This document shows positions 1 through 8,582 of a DNA stretch of 58,929 nucleotides, piece by piece; the stretch's first letter is position 1; every line of letters starts with the position of its first letter. This stretch comes from Vicinamibacteria bacterium (lineage in GTDB: Bacteria; Acidobacteriota; Vicinamibacteria; Marinacidobacterales; SMYC01). The notes beneath the pieces are model-generated. The model was not told the DNA's origin and searched no databases. It saw only the letters and a list, made by a program, of their open reading frames with translations. The translations under genes were made by a program, and so were the position numbers. Location of the stretch: contig DASPGQ010000218.1 of assembly GCA_035620555.1 (NCBI GenBank), positions 1 to 58,929 on the forward strand. The letters are read 5' to 3'.

Positions 1-471
1 GTCCGCACTCGCAGAGCCCGCCTCGCCTTCCTGACACTCGCGGCGGCTGAGTGCTACGCCGGTCCTCTTCCCTGGACCCTGGAAGCCCCGACGCTGCCGT
101 CTATTTACCATCATGTATCGACCCTGGACGAAGCGGGGGCCCTCGTGGAGCTTCCGTTGCCGCCACCCGAACGGTTCCAGGACAATGCGCGTTACGTCTA
201 TCGGTCCATCTTTCACTTCCGCCCGCTGGTGAACGGTTACAGCGGGTTCGTACCGCGGAGCTACCGTGAGGCGTACCGATTGTTGATGTCGGAGCGATTC
301 GATGAGGGCCTCGAGCTCATGGCCCGTGCGGGTGTACGTTTCGTCGTCACCCACTCGGGCCGCCTCGGACCGAGAATGCGCCGTCGAATCGAGCAGGCGG
401 AAGGTCGCGGGAAGCTCGTTCTTCATCGGGTTTCCGGCTCCGATCGGCTGTACCGGCTGGAACGAGATTGA
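1..471 (+). CDS. 3' end of a gene entering from upstream; C-terminal domain of a large, probably membrane-bound glycosyltransferase-like protein (function uncertain)
   Basis: Frame 1 is open from nt 1 to TGA 469-471 (VRTRRARLAF...RLYRLERD); the listed ORF 145-471 is only its tail. The motif FHFRPLVNGYSGFVP recalls C-termini of ArnT/PMT-like membrane proteins. This is a weak assignment from memory. Confidence 0.5.
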   Translation, partial: VRTRRARLAFLTLAAAECYAGPLPWTLEAPTLPSIYHHVSTLDEAGALVELPLPPPERFQDNARYVYRSIFHFRPLVNGYSGFVPRSYREAYRLLMSERFDEGLELMARAGVRFVVTHSGRLGPRMRRRIEQAEGRGKLVLHRVSGSDRLYRLERD

Positions 472-499
472 TGGTATGCTACCTGGCCCCACCAACAAT

Positions 500-2017
500 A
501 TGCGTGTCCAAAGCTTGTTTTGGTTGCTGATATTTTCGGTCGACCCGTCTTTTCCCAGGCTCTCTGTGGCGCAGACGAACGGCGGCGGTTGCAGCGGTCT
601 CTGCTTCACGAATGTGAGCTCGAGCGCAGGCTTTCCGAGTCCTCAGAACTTCGGGGGACATGGAATCCAGGTCGTCGACGTGAACGGAGACGGCTGGCTC
701 GACGTCTATGTCACCCACATCGCGGATCCCGCGGAAAACCGGCCCGATCTCCTCTTCATGAACGAGGGGCGGAATCCTCTGACCTTTTCGGAGGCTGGAG
801 CCGCCAACGGCGTCGCCGACGATGGTTTTCTCGAAGACGTTTCGGCGGAATCCCACGCAGCCGTCTTCGCCGACCTCGACAACGACGGCGACTACGATCT
901 CTTCAACGTCCACACCTGGAACGGCAATAATCGGTTGTACCGAAACGAGGGAACGGGGCGCTTCGTCGATTTGACCGAGAGCGCCGGAATCGAGATCACC
1001 GACCTCGGCTCCCGAGGAGTATCCGCCGCGGATCTGAACGCCGATGGGTTGCTCGACCTCGTGGTCTCCGCCTGGGAAGGTGCACAGCCAATCGTCTACT
1101 GGAACCTGGGTGGTCTACGTTTCGAAAGGCTTCGCCTGAAGGGCGTCGACAACCGCCCCTTTGCCAATCAAGGCATTTCCACTTCCGACTACGATGGCGA
1201 CGGCAGACCCGACCTTGCCCTCACCGCTTTCGAATATCTCGAAAACGAGGGGCGGGGCCCGATTGCGCTCCTCAGGAACGAGGGCGACCGGTTCGCCGAT
1301 TCGACGGATTTTGCGAGCCTCGTATACGAAAGGCGCAGCCGGGAGAGAGTGGGAACCAACGGCGTTGCCTTCGCCGATTTCGACAACGATGGCGTCATCG
1401 ACGTCCTCATTACCGGCGGTCATGGATCCAAACTTTACCGAAACAACGGAGAGGGTCGGTTCCATCTGGTGCAGGTCTTCGACGGGATCCACTACACCGG
1501 GGCGTTCGGAGACCTCGACAACGACGGAGATCTCGACCTGTATTTCGCCGGGGAAACGGGAGTGTACCTCAACGACGGGAGCGGCGCCTTCGGACGCGTC
1601 GACGACGTGGGGCTTCAGGGTATCGGAGACGATGCCCGCGCCGCGGTCCTCGCTGACTTGGACAACGACGGCGCCCTCGATATCCTGATCGCCAGCAAGC
1701 AAGGGCCTAACAGTCTTTTTCTGAATCGGTCCCCGGTGGGCTCTTGGATCAAGGTTTCCCTCATCGGCCCCCAGGGCAACGCGGGAGCCTTCGGCGCGAG
1801 AGTGAAGCTTCATCCGGCAGGCTCCGCGGAGCTTCTGGGAATGCGAGAGGCTCGGTCGGGAACAGGCTACTGCGCTCAGGACGCTCCCGTCCTTCACTTT
1901 GGCACGGGTGCGGAAGCGCTGGTCGATGTCGCGGTCACCTTCCCCGACGGCTCGTCCGTTACCCGATCGGGCGTTCCCGCGGGACAGACACTCGTCGTGG
2001 ATGGCCGGACGCCCTGA
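500..2017 (+). CDS. secreted FG-GAP/VCBS-repeat protein with C-terminal ASPIC/UnbV domain (CRTAC1-like)
   Basis: Part of ORF 302-2017. ATG at 500 gives a signal-peptide-like start, MRVQSLFWLLIF...SVAQ. Repeated DxDxDGxxD motifs are present (VDVNGDGWLD, ADLDNDGDYD, DYDGDGRPD, ADFDNDGVID, GDLDNDGDLD, ADLDNDGALD). The C-terminal segment GARVKL...REARSGTGYCAQDAPVLHFG is typical of UnbV_ASPIC. Confidence 0.8.
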   Translation: MRVQSLFWLLIFSVDPSFPRLSVAQTNGGGCSGLCFTNVSSSAGFPSPQNFGGHGIQVVDVNGDGWLDVYVTHIADPAENRPDLLFMNEGRNPLTFSEAGAANGVADDGFLEDVSAESHAAVFADLDNDGDYDLFNVHTWNGNNRLYRNEGTGRFVDLTESAGIEITDLGSRGVSAADLNADGLLDLVVSAWEGAQPIVYWNLGGLRFERLRLKGVDNRPFANQGISTSDYDGDGRPDLALTAFEYLENEGRGPIALLRNEGDRFADSTDFASLVYERRSRERVGTNGVAFADFDNDGVIDVLITGGHGSKLYRNNGEGRFHLVQVFDGIHYTGAFGDLDNDGDLDLYFAGETGVYLNDGSGAFGRVDDVGLQGIGDDARAAVLADLDNDGALDILIASKQGPNSLFLNRSPVGSWIKVSLIGPQGNAGAFGARVKLHPAGSAELLGMREARSGTGYCAQDAPVLHFGTGAEALVDVAVTFPDGSSVTRSGVPAGQTLVVDGRTP

Positions 2018-2041
2018 TCCATCCGGGGTTGCTGGCCGGCT

Positions 2042-4024
2042 TTATTCCGTGGGAAGCCGATTTCCCGCCGCGAGAGCGACGAAGAATCCCGTGGTCAGAC
2101 GGATCTCTCGAAGAACGTTCAGTCCGATGCGGTCGATTCGAAGCAGCGCGTCGACCCGACCCTGGCGAAGCCGAAGACTCAGCCGCTCCCAGAAGCGTGT
2201 GAGGTCGCTGCGGGTCTCCCGAAGACGCCCCACCTGTAATACGGAAACCTTGGCTTTCGCCAAACGAAGCCGGGACGGGACCTCCACACCGGGAACGGCG
2301 GCCCGAGCCCGAAGATAGGCCGTTCGCAGCTCGGAGATCCGGAGACTTCTCGACAAGCCTTTTCTCATTCGCGAGAGCTCCTCGACCACCCTTCTCTCGG
2401 TCTCGCTTCGTTTCCGCGTCTGGAGCCACAGCTCCTCGAACTCCAGGGTCAGGCGAACCGCACCCCGAACGTAACGATAGATCTCGGGGATCCGTCGTCG
2501 GGCGTGGGCGATCCTTCCCTCTCGAGGAAATCCCGGCCTGCGGCTCTTCCGGTCCTTGAACGGGAAGAACCCGGTGATCATGGGATGAGCTCCCTCGTTC
2601 AACGCGGAATTCTTGTACCAGTAGAAGTTACGGAGGACGTCCCAGTATCGATCGGGATGGACGCGCTCGAGGACGGACTTCATGTTGTCGAAGCTGTAGA
2701 AAGTCCGCCAGGCACGAATGTATGTGTCCGTCCAGGCCCCATTCTTGAGCAACGGGTGAGGCATGCTCTCGTGGAAGGAGTCGAAGGTGTTGTAGTCCGA
2801 ATCCATCGGCTCGCCCGCCTCGACCATCCTCTTGTGATCTCGCGAGCCGGGAAGAGGGGTCAACATGAAGAAAGATGCCCGATGGGGTCTTACTTCGGCC
2901 ATGAGCTTCCCAATGTCTCGGTCGACGCTCTCCTCGCAGTCGTGAGGAAAGCCGATGATGTATCCCACGTGGGTGCTGACCCGAACGCGGTGCCAGGCGT
3001 CGATCAGGTTTCGATAGTCCTCCACCTTGTTCTGGGCTTTCCCGGCATCCTTGATGCTTTCGGGGTTGATGCTTTCCATGCCAATGAAGACGTTGCTGCA
3101 ACCCGCCCGAGCGGCTTTCTCGACGAAGCCGGGAATCTTGTAGGAGGCGACGTCGACCTGGATCATGAACTCGACGGGTATACCTTCCTTCTCCCTGAGG
3201 TCGATGAGGGCGTCGAGGATTGCCTCCCAGGCCGGGTTCCTCGCGAAGTCGTCGTCGGTGAAGAAATAGAAATCCACTCCTCGTTTCTGGTAGTTCACGC
3301 GCAATGTCTGGACGATGCAGTCCGGGGACCGGTGTCGGCTCTTTCGCCCCTGAACGTTGATGATGGTGCAAAAAGAGCAGTTGAACGGGCAGCCCCGACT
3401 CGTATCCACGGTGCCGAAGTTGCTGGATACGAACCGTCGAAGATAGTGGCGGTCGATGATGGGCAGCGGAGCACTGGACAAGTCGGGAAGCTGGTCCAAG
3501 AACCGGTAGATGGGTTGGAGCGTCCCCTGATGGGCCGCGCGAAGAATCTCCGTCCAATGCTCCTCGACCTCTCCGGCGACGACCGTCACCCCCACGTCCA
3601 GCAGCTCCTGGATCTCGGGTGTCGTTTCCTGAAACAGGGAGAGCATTCCGCTCACGTGAAAGCCGCCGATGAGCACGGTGACGCCTTGGCGACGAAACAT
3701 CCGGGCGATATCCGCCGCGCGGCAATATTGGTTCGTCTGGACACCCACCAGGGCGACCACGACCCGGGTATCCGGACGCTTTTGGGCACGAATCACCCGC
3801 CGAACCGGGAGTCTGGCCACGGCCTCATCGACGAGCTCGACCTCGATCGTGACATCACCGAGGACCCGGCGACGATTCAGATCGTCGGTCAGACCGTGAA
3901 GGCACGCGAGCGTGTTACTCGGCAGAACGCCTCGCCAATGCCGGACGACATAGCCGGCATCGTCGTACTTCGACGGTTTCACCAGGAACAGGTGAAGCCT
4001 CTCGGGTAAGCTGTCACGTCTCAT
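2042..4024 (-). CDS. B12-binding-domain radical SAM protein with a long helical C-terminal extension
   Basis: ORF 2042-4084. The likely start is ATG 4024 (MRRDSLPERLHLFLV), with AGGAGG 7 nt upstream. The N-terminal Rossmann segment VVVALVGVQTNQY...VLIGGFHVSG fits a cobalamin-binding domain. The radical SAM motif is GCPFNCSFCTI (CxxxCxxC). About 200 Arg-rich helical residues at the C-terminus are unassigned. Confidence 0.8.
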   Translation of the reverse strand: MRRDSLPERLHLFLVKPSKYDDAGYVVRHWRGVLPSNTLACLHGLTDDLNRRRVLGDVTIEVELVDEAVARLPVRRVIRAQKRPDTRVVVALVGVQTNQYCRAADIARMFRRQGVTVLIGGFHVSGMLSLFQETTPEIQELLDVGVTVVAGEVEEHWTEILRAAHQGTLQPIYRFLDQLPDLSSAPLPIIDRHYLRRFVSSNFGTVDTSRGCPFNCSFCTIINVQGRKSRHRSPDCIVQTLRVNYQKRGVDFYFFTDDDFARNPAWEAILDALIDLREKEGIPVEFMIQVDVASYKIPGFVEKAARAGCSNVFIGMESINPESIKDAGKAQNKVEDYRNLIDAWHRVRVSTHVGYIIGFPHDCEESVDRDIGKLMAEVRPHRASFFMLTPLPGSRDHKRMVEAGEPMDSDYNTFDSFHESMPHPLLKNGAWTDTYIRAWRTFYSFDNMKSVLERVHPDRYWDVLRNFYWYKNSALNEGAHPMITGFFPFKDRKSRRPGFPREGRIAHARRRIPEIYRYVRGAVRLTLEFEELWLQTRKRSETERRVVEELSRMRKGLSRSLRISELRTAYLRARAAVPGVEVPSRLRLAKAKVSVLQVGRLRETRSDLTRFWERLSLRLRQGRVDALLRIDRIGLNVLREIRLTTGFFVALAAGNRLPTE

Positions 4025-4138
4025 CGTCCGCCTCCTGCCCGCGATCTCCAGGGGTTGTGACGGCCCTGGCAACCGGCCAATCATATAGACCTTTGGCTTT
4101 CGGGAAAACCTTCCGGTCTTTGGACGGCGTTAGCGCAG

Positions 4139-5065
4139 CTAGGGCCGCTTCCGGCGGGGCGCCCGCCGGGCGTAGTAGCCGCTTCGCATGCGAACTTCGG
4201 TGCCGGACTCCGACGACAGCACTTGCAAACGCCGCCACTTGCCGTCATGGGTGTCGTTGGTCGAAACGTAGCCAATGGCGTACTGGCTTGCGAGCTCGGT
4301 CGCGATCTCCTCGTATACACCGGAAAGATCGTCCAACTTGTCGGGCGCGTAGGACATCCCCCCGCTTTCACGTGCCAGCATGTCCAGCTCGTATTTGGCG
4401 TTCCGGTATTTGTCCTTCTCCAGATCGCTCTCGGTGGCGCGAAGCGAGATCGCGTAGATGATGACGTTGCTCCGGCGAGCCTGCTGCTTGACGTCCTCGA
4501 AGCCGAGAAGAGATTTCGTATCGTTTCCGTCCGAGAGTACCACGATCGATCTCCGGTCGAGCTCGTCCTTCGTCTGGCGCTCGAGGTCTTTCAGGGAGAT
4601 GTAGATCGCGTTGTAGAGCGAGGTTGCCCCGCCGACATCGGTGGCTTCGATCGCTTGCTGGACCTGGTCGAAATCCGAAGTGAACTCGGCCAGCGTCAGG
4701 ACCCGGTCGTTGAACTCCACGACTTGGACCTCGTCTTCGGGCTTCAGTGAGTGGACGAAACGAATCGCGGCCTGCCGCGCCATGTCGATCTTCTGACGCA
4801 TGCTGCTCGACGTATCGAGAAGGATGACCATCTTCAAGGGAAGCTCGGCCTGAGAAAAATACCGAATCGTCTGCTCGACGCCATCCTCGTACACCTTGAA
4901 GTTGTCCGCTGGCAGCCCGTTCACCAGTCCCCCTTTTTCGTCGAGGAGGGTTACCGAGAGACTCACGGTATCGACGTCCACGCGGAATTTCGGTCGGGGG
5001 TCTGGTGGCTGAGCGAACAGGCTGCTGGCGCCGAGGAAGCTGGCCGCCACCAGGCTCGGTCTCAT
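4139..5065 (-). CDS. secreted von Willebrand factor A (VWA) domain protein, Acidobacteria-type VWFA family
   Basis: Signal peptide MRPSLVAASFLGASSLFAQ. The N-terminal segment FRVDVDTVSLSVTLLDEKGGLV...FKVYEDGVEQ is typical of the VWFA-related acidobacterial domain (TIGR03436, from memory). MIDAS motif LLDTSSSM. The start overlaps the upstream FHA gene's stop by 4 nt. Confidence 0.8.
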   Translation of the reverse strand: MRPSLVAASFLGASSLFAQPPDPRPKFRVDVDTVSLSVTLLDEKGGLVNGLPADNFKVYEDGVEQTIRYFSQAELPLKMVILLDTSSSMRQKIDMARQAAIRFVHSLKPEDEVQVVEFNDRVLTLAEFTSDFDQVQQAIEATDVGGATSLYNAIYISLKDLERQTKDELDRRSIVVLSDGNDTKSLLGFEDVKQQARRSNVIIYAISLRATESDLEKDKYRNAKYELDMLARESGGMSYAPDKLDDLSGVYEEIATELASQYAIGYVSTNDTHDGKWRRLQVLSSESGTEVRMRSGYYARRAPRRKRP

Positions 5066-6219
5066 CGATCTCGGATCCTCGCCAAGCGTTCTTCGGCGCG
5101 GGCCATGGCGGCAGCCGCTCCTTCGGCGGAATCGTCTTCGGCGCCAAGTTCTCGAGCACGGTCGAGCCAGCGGCGGCTTTCCTCCACTGCTTTTTCCAGT
5201 TTGTTCTTCTCGACGTCGGTGAGAAGGGCGCTCCGCTCGGCGACCTCGCGTTCGACGAAAGATGCTTTCGCCTCGGCGGCGAGGAGCAAGAGGTTCCAGT
5301 CACCCGGATCGATCCGGTGGCGGAAGGCCAGGGTGGCTGCCGCGTCACGGAGGGCGACCGGCCGCTCCTGGCTCGCGAGGCTGCTGGCGAACCGAAGGCT
5401 GTATTCGGGATCGTCAGGAAACACGTCGAAAAGCGTACCGATGATCTCGTAGGGAAACCAGGGTCCCTTCCGTCCGCCGTCCTCGGTGCCATCCGACACC
5501 CCGCCTTCGACCGAGATCCGCAGGGTCGTATGTTTGAGGTTGCTGATGGACGAGCGTCTCGATGTCATCGCGCTCCCGCTGGCGATGGTCCACAGGCTCA
5601 GCTCGAGCACGCCCCGTTCTACCGCAACGCTGCCGATGAAAGCGGCGCTGTCTTGGGGAAAGCCGGTCGTTTCGTCCAGCGCGATGGAGTGGGTGAGCTC
5701 GGCCTTCCCGTTCGCCGAGTCGATACGCACTTCGGAGACCGAGGGGACGATCTCCTCGCGGCCAAAGGATCTCCTCGTCGTGTCCTCGGGCAGGTGAATA
5801 TTAAGCTTCGCGAAGCTCGAGAGAAGTCTATGCTCGAGCTCGTCCCCCCAGAGCTCGGGGAGCGATTCGTGATAAAGAAGCAGCTCGTCGGCAAGTTGGA
5901 TTCTCGCCCCGGGGGCGAGGGACAGAGGAAAACGAGGACGCAGCTCTCTGCCGTTGAGGCGGCTGCCGTTGGAGCTGCCGATGTCAATGAGCTCGGATCC
6001 GCCATCTTTGTGCCGGATTGCCGCGTGACGCCGTGAGACCATGGGAGAGGTCAAGACGACATCGTTCTCCGTCAGCCTTCCGATACGGATCTCGTCGGCG
6101 CCGAGGGAGTAGAGCTTCGCCGTGCGAAAAACCCACACATAGCCCCAAGGCTCCTGGGCGATCGCGAAGACGGCGGCCAGGAGACCCGCGGCGAGGGTTC
6201 CCATGCGGTAGCGAGCCAT
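5062..6219 (-). CDS. membrane-anchored FHA domain protein
   Basis: ORF 5062-6273 (TTG). I prefer ATG 6219 (MARYRMGTLAAGLLAAVFAIA), which begins with a TM helix. FHA core: IRIGRLTENDVVLTSPMVSRRHAAIRHKDGGSELIDIGSSNGSRLNG. The roughly 250-aa remainder has no motif I recognise. The stop overlaps the VWA gene's start (ATGA). Confidence 0.75.
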   Translation of the reverse strand: MARYRMGTLAAGLLAAVFAIAQEPWGYVWVFRTAKLYSLGADEIRIGRLTENDVVLTSPMVSRRHAAIRHKDGGSELIDIGSSNGSRLNGRELRPRFPLSLAPGARIQLADELLLYHESLPELWGDELEHRLLSSFAKLNIHLPEDTTRRSFGREEIVPSVSEVRIDSANGKAELTHSIALDETTGFPQDSAAFIGSVAVERGVLELSLWTIASGSAMTSRRSSISNLKHTTLRISVEGGVSDGTEDGGRKGPWFPYEIIGTLFDVFPDDPEYSLRFASSLASQERPVALRDAAATLAFRHRIDPGDWNLLLLAAEAKASFVEREVAERSALLTDVEKNKLEKAVEESRRWLDRARELGAEDDSAEGAAAAMARAEERLARIRDR

Positions 6220-6303
6220 ACCCCTTCTGGAGTTTACCAAACTAGGATCCCCTGTAACCGGGGGATCAAGCAAGTCTGTGAGGAGGCTAACAAGATTTCG
6301 TTG

Positions 6304-7173
6304 CTATTGGCTGGCCCAACCTCGGTCGCGGACGAATTCCTCGACGACCTCGGGCGCGCGGCGTCGGTCGTCGTCCACCAGACGGTTGAGCCGCCTCATC
6401 GCCTGCTCGTCAATGGAGCCTTCGAGTAACGCCAGGACCTCTCCGAGGGCCCCATGAGCCGCGACCGCCTCCGGCCGATAGACGGCCGCCGCGTCGTAAG
6501 GGGGGAAGTATCGAAGGTCGTCTTCCAGAACGACCAGATCGTACTTCTCGATCAGTCCGTCAGTCGAGTTGCCGGAGACGATGTCCACTTCTCCTTCCAC
6601 GAGAGCCTGGTAGACGAGACCGAGCTCGATCCCCCGAGGCGGAGCGCCAAACTCGAGATCGTAGGCTTCCACCAGACCCCGAAAGCCATCGGTGCGCTCG
6701 AGAAACTCGTGGCCCGCGCCGGGGCGAAGCGAACCGGCGTGCTCCCCGAGATGGGAGAGAGCTCGGACGCCGAGGGCCCTCGCTTGCTCTTTGCGCATGG
6801 ACATCGCGAAAGTATTGGCGAAGCCCAACGGCTTGCTCCATTCCAGACCGAACCGCTCTCGATAGGCGTCGCGAACCATTTGATAGACGACGTCGGCATC
6901 ATGGAGCACCGGCTCCTTCAGAATCGCGTTCAATGCCGTACCGGTATATTCGACGTAGACGTCGAGGTCTCCCGACACCAGCGCCCGATGGCAAATGAAA
7001 GTCCCGCCGAGGTTGAGGCGACGATCCACGAGAACGCCGCGCTGTTCCAGGAGCTGCGCGATGAGCTCCCCGAGGAGGATCTGCTCGGTAAAGTTCTTGG
7101 AGCCAACGACCACGCGGCTCCCGGGCGCGCAGCCCCAGAGAGCGACCGCTGCCAGGAGCACCACCCGCTTCAC
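6304..7173 (-). CDS. glycine betaine/osmoprotectant ABC transporter substrate-binding lipoprotein (OpuC/OsmF-like)
   Basis: Lipobox-like MKRVVLLAAVALWGC. The body (VVGSKNFTEQILLGELIAQLLE...DVYVEYTGTAL...SGNSTDG) matches the OpuAC/ProX-type SBP family. It overlaps the permease gene by 4 nt. Confidence 0.75.
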   Translation of the reverse strand: MKRVVLLAAVALWGCAPGSRVVVGSKNFTEQILLGELIAQLLEQRGVLVDRRLNLGGTFICHRALVSGDLDVYVEYTGTALNAILKEPVLHDADVVYQMVRDAYRERFGLEWSKPLGFANTFAMSMRKEQARALGVRALSHLGEHAGSLRPGAGHEFLERTDGFRGLVEAYDLEFGAPPRGIELGLVYQALVEGEVDIVSGNSTDGLIEKYDLVVLEDDLRYFPPYDAAAVYRPEAVAAHGALGEVLALLEGSIDEQAMRRLNRLVDDDRRRAPEVVEEFVRDRGWASQ

Positions 7174-7805
7174 AGGCGCGCCGCCATGCGTCGCTGAAGC
7201 CTTCCCAGCAGGGCGTCGGCGACGAGTGCGAGCGCCGCCGCGGGAATGGCTCCGGCAAGAATGAGACGGTTGTCCACCATGGCGAGTCCCCGAAAGATGA
7301 TGTTCCCGAGCCCTCCCGCTCCGATCGCCGCGGCGATGGTGGCGAGGCCCACCGAGATGACGGTAGCGATTCGTATCCCGGCGACGATCGTGGGAAAAGC
7401 GAGAGGGATCTCGATGAGTCGAAGCCTCTGCAGATCGGTCATGCCCATTCCGCGGCCCGCCTCCCGCACCGCGGGGTCCACGCCCTGGATGCCGGTATAT
7501 GTGTTCCGCAAAATAGGAAGCAGGGCGTACAGCACGAGGGCGATGACGGCCGTCTTGCTTCCGATACCGCCCACGAACGGGATGGGAATAAGGAAGCCGA
7601 ACAGGGCGAGGCTCGGAACGGTCTGCATGACGTTCGCGAAACCGAGAATCGGCGAAGCCAGGTCCTCGCGTCGAGTCAGCACGACACCGAGGGGGAACCC
7701 GATGGCGACCGCGATCAAAGTCGAGGTCAGCACCAGTCCAAGATGCTCGAACGTCATGAACGCGATATCGGTCCGCCGCTCGACGAAGAAACGAAATAGC
7801 TCCAC
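7170..7805 (-). CDS. osmoprotectant ABC transporter permease (single permease gene)
   Basis: 211 aa and multi-TM. It carries a BPD-type EAA-like loop, AVREAGRGMGMTDLQRLRLIEIPLA, typical of OpuCB/YehY permeases. Confidence 0.8.
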   Translation of the reverse strand: MELFRFFVERRTDIAFMTFEHLGLVLTSTLIAVAIGFPLGVVLTRREDLASPILGFANVMQTVPSLALFGFLIPIPFVGGIGSKTAVIALVLYALLPILRNTYTGIQGVDPAVREAGRGMGMTDLQRLRLIEIPLAFPTIVAGIRIATVISVGLATIAAAIGAGGLGNIIFRGLAMVDNRLILAGAIPAAALALVADALLGRLQRRMAARL

Positions 7806-7806
7806 G

Positions 7807-8571
7807 TCAGGTCCTCCGATAACCGTCGGTCCGCACCAGCTCGCGAACGAGGTCGCTAGCCGGCTCGCTTCGGATCCGTTCCGGAGGCGCGAGCTGTATC
7901 AATCTTCCCTCGTCCATGATACCGATACGGTCGCCGAGCTTGAAGGCTTCAGGAACATCGTGGGTCACGAAAACGATGGTCTTGTGCAACGACTGCGTCA
8001 TTTCCAGGAATTCGTCCTGGAGCTTTCTCCTGGTGATCGGATCCAGAGCTCCGAAGGGCTCGTCCATCAGCAGGAGCGGCGGGTCCAAAGCCAGAGCCCG
8101 CGCTACCCCGACCCGCTGCCGCTGACCTCCCGAGAGCTCCGAGGGCTTCTTCATCGAGAACTCGTCCGGGTCGAGGCTCACCAGCCCGAGGAGGTAGCGG
8201 GCCCGTTCGCTTCTTCGTTCTCGGTTCCAGCCCTCGAGGCGAGGCACGAGCTCGACGTTTTCTCGAACGGTGAAGTGAGGAATCAGTCCCACTTCCTGGA
8301 TGACGTAGCCGGCGCGGCGGCGCAAAACGATGGGATCCCAGCTGCGGACCTCGCGCCCCTCGACGAAGACCTGGCCCTCGTCGGGCTCGACCAAGCGATT
8401 GACCATCTTCAGCGAAGTGGTCTTTCCCGAGCCGCTCGACCCCAGCAGCACGAGGGTCTCGCCTTCGGCGACGGCGAAGGAGACTCCGTCGAGCGCGGGG
8501 CGCGTGCTTCCGGCGAAGCGCTTCGTCACGCCGCGAAGCTCGACCGTGGGTGCTCCGCTGTTTTTCATCAC
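7807..8571 (-). CDS. osmoprotectant ABC transporter ATP-binding protein (no CBS domains)
   Basis: Walker A GSSGSGKTT, signature LSGGQRQR, Walker B LLLMDEP. At 254 aa it ends soon after the ABC domain, so the tandem CBS module of OpuCA/ProV is absent. Confidence 0.85.
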   Translation of the reverse strand: MMKNSGAPTVELRGVTKRFAGSTRPALDGVSFAVAEGETLVLLGSSGSGKTTSLKMVNRLVEPDEGQVFVEGREVRSWDPIVLRRRAGYVIQEVGLIPHFTVRENVELVPRLEGWNRERRSERARYLLGLVSLDPDEFSMKKPSELSGGQRQRVGVARALALDPPLLLMDEPFGALDPITRRKLQDEFLEMTQSLHKTIVFVTHDVPEAFKLGDRIGIMDEGRLIQLAPPERIRSEPASDLVRELVRTDGYRRT

Positions 8572-8582
8572 CCTGCTCGTGC

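Noticed and set aside
2504-4009. 501-aa plus-strand ORF, plus the 365-aa minus-strand frame ORF 2628-3725, overlapping the radical SAM gene
   Set aside because: These are shadow ORFs typical of GC-rich DNA. The products are Arg/Pro/Gly-rich and carry no motif, whereas the 2042-4024 frame carries clear B12-binding and CxxxCxxC motifs.
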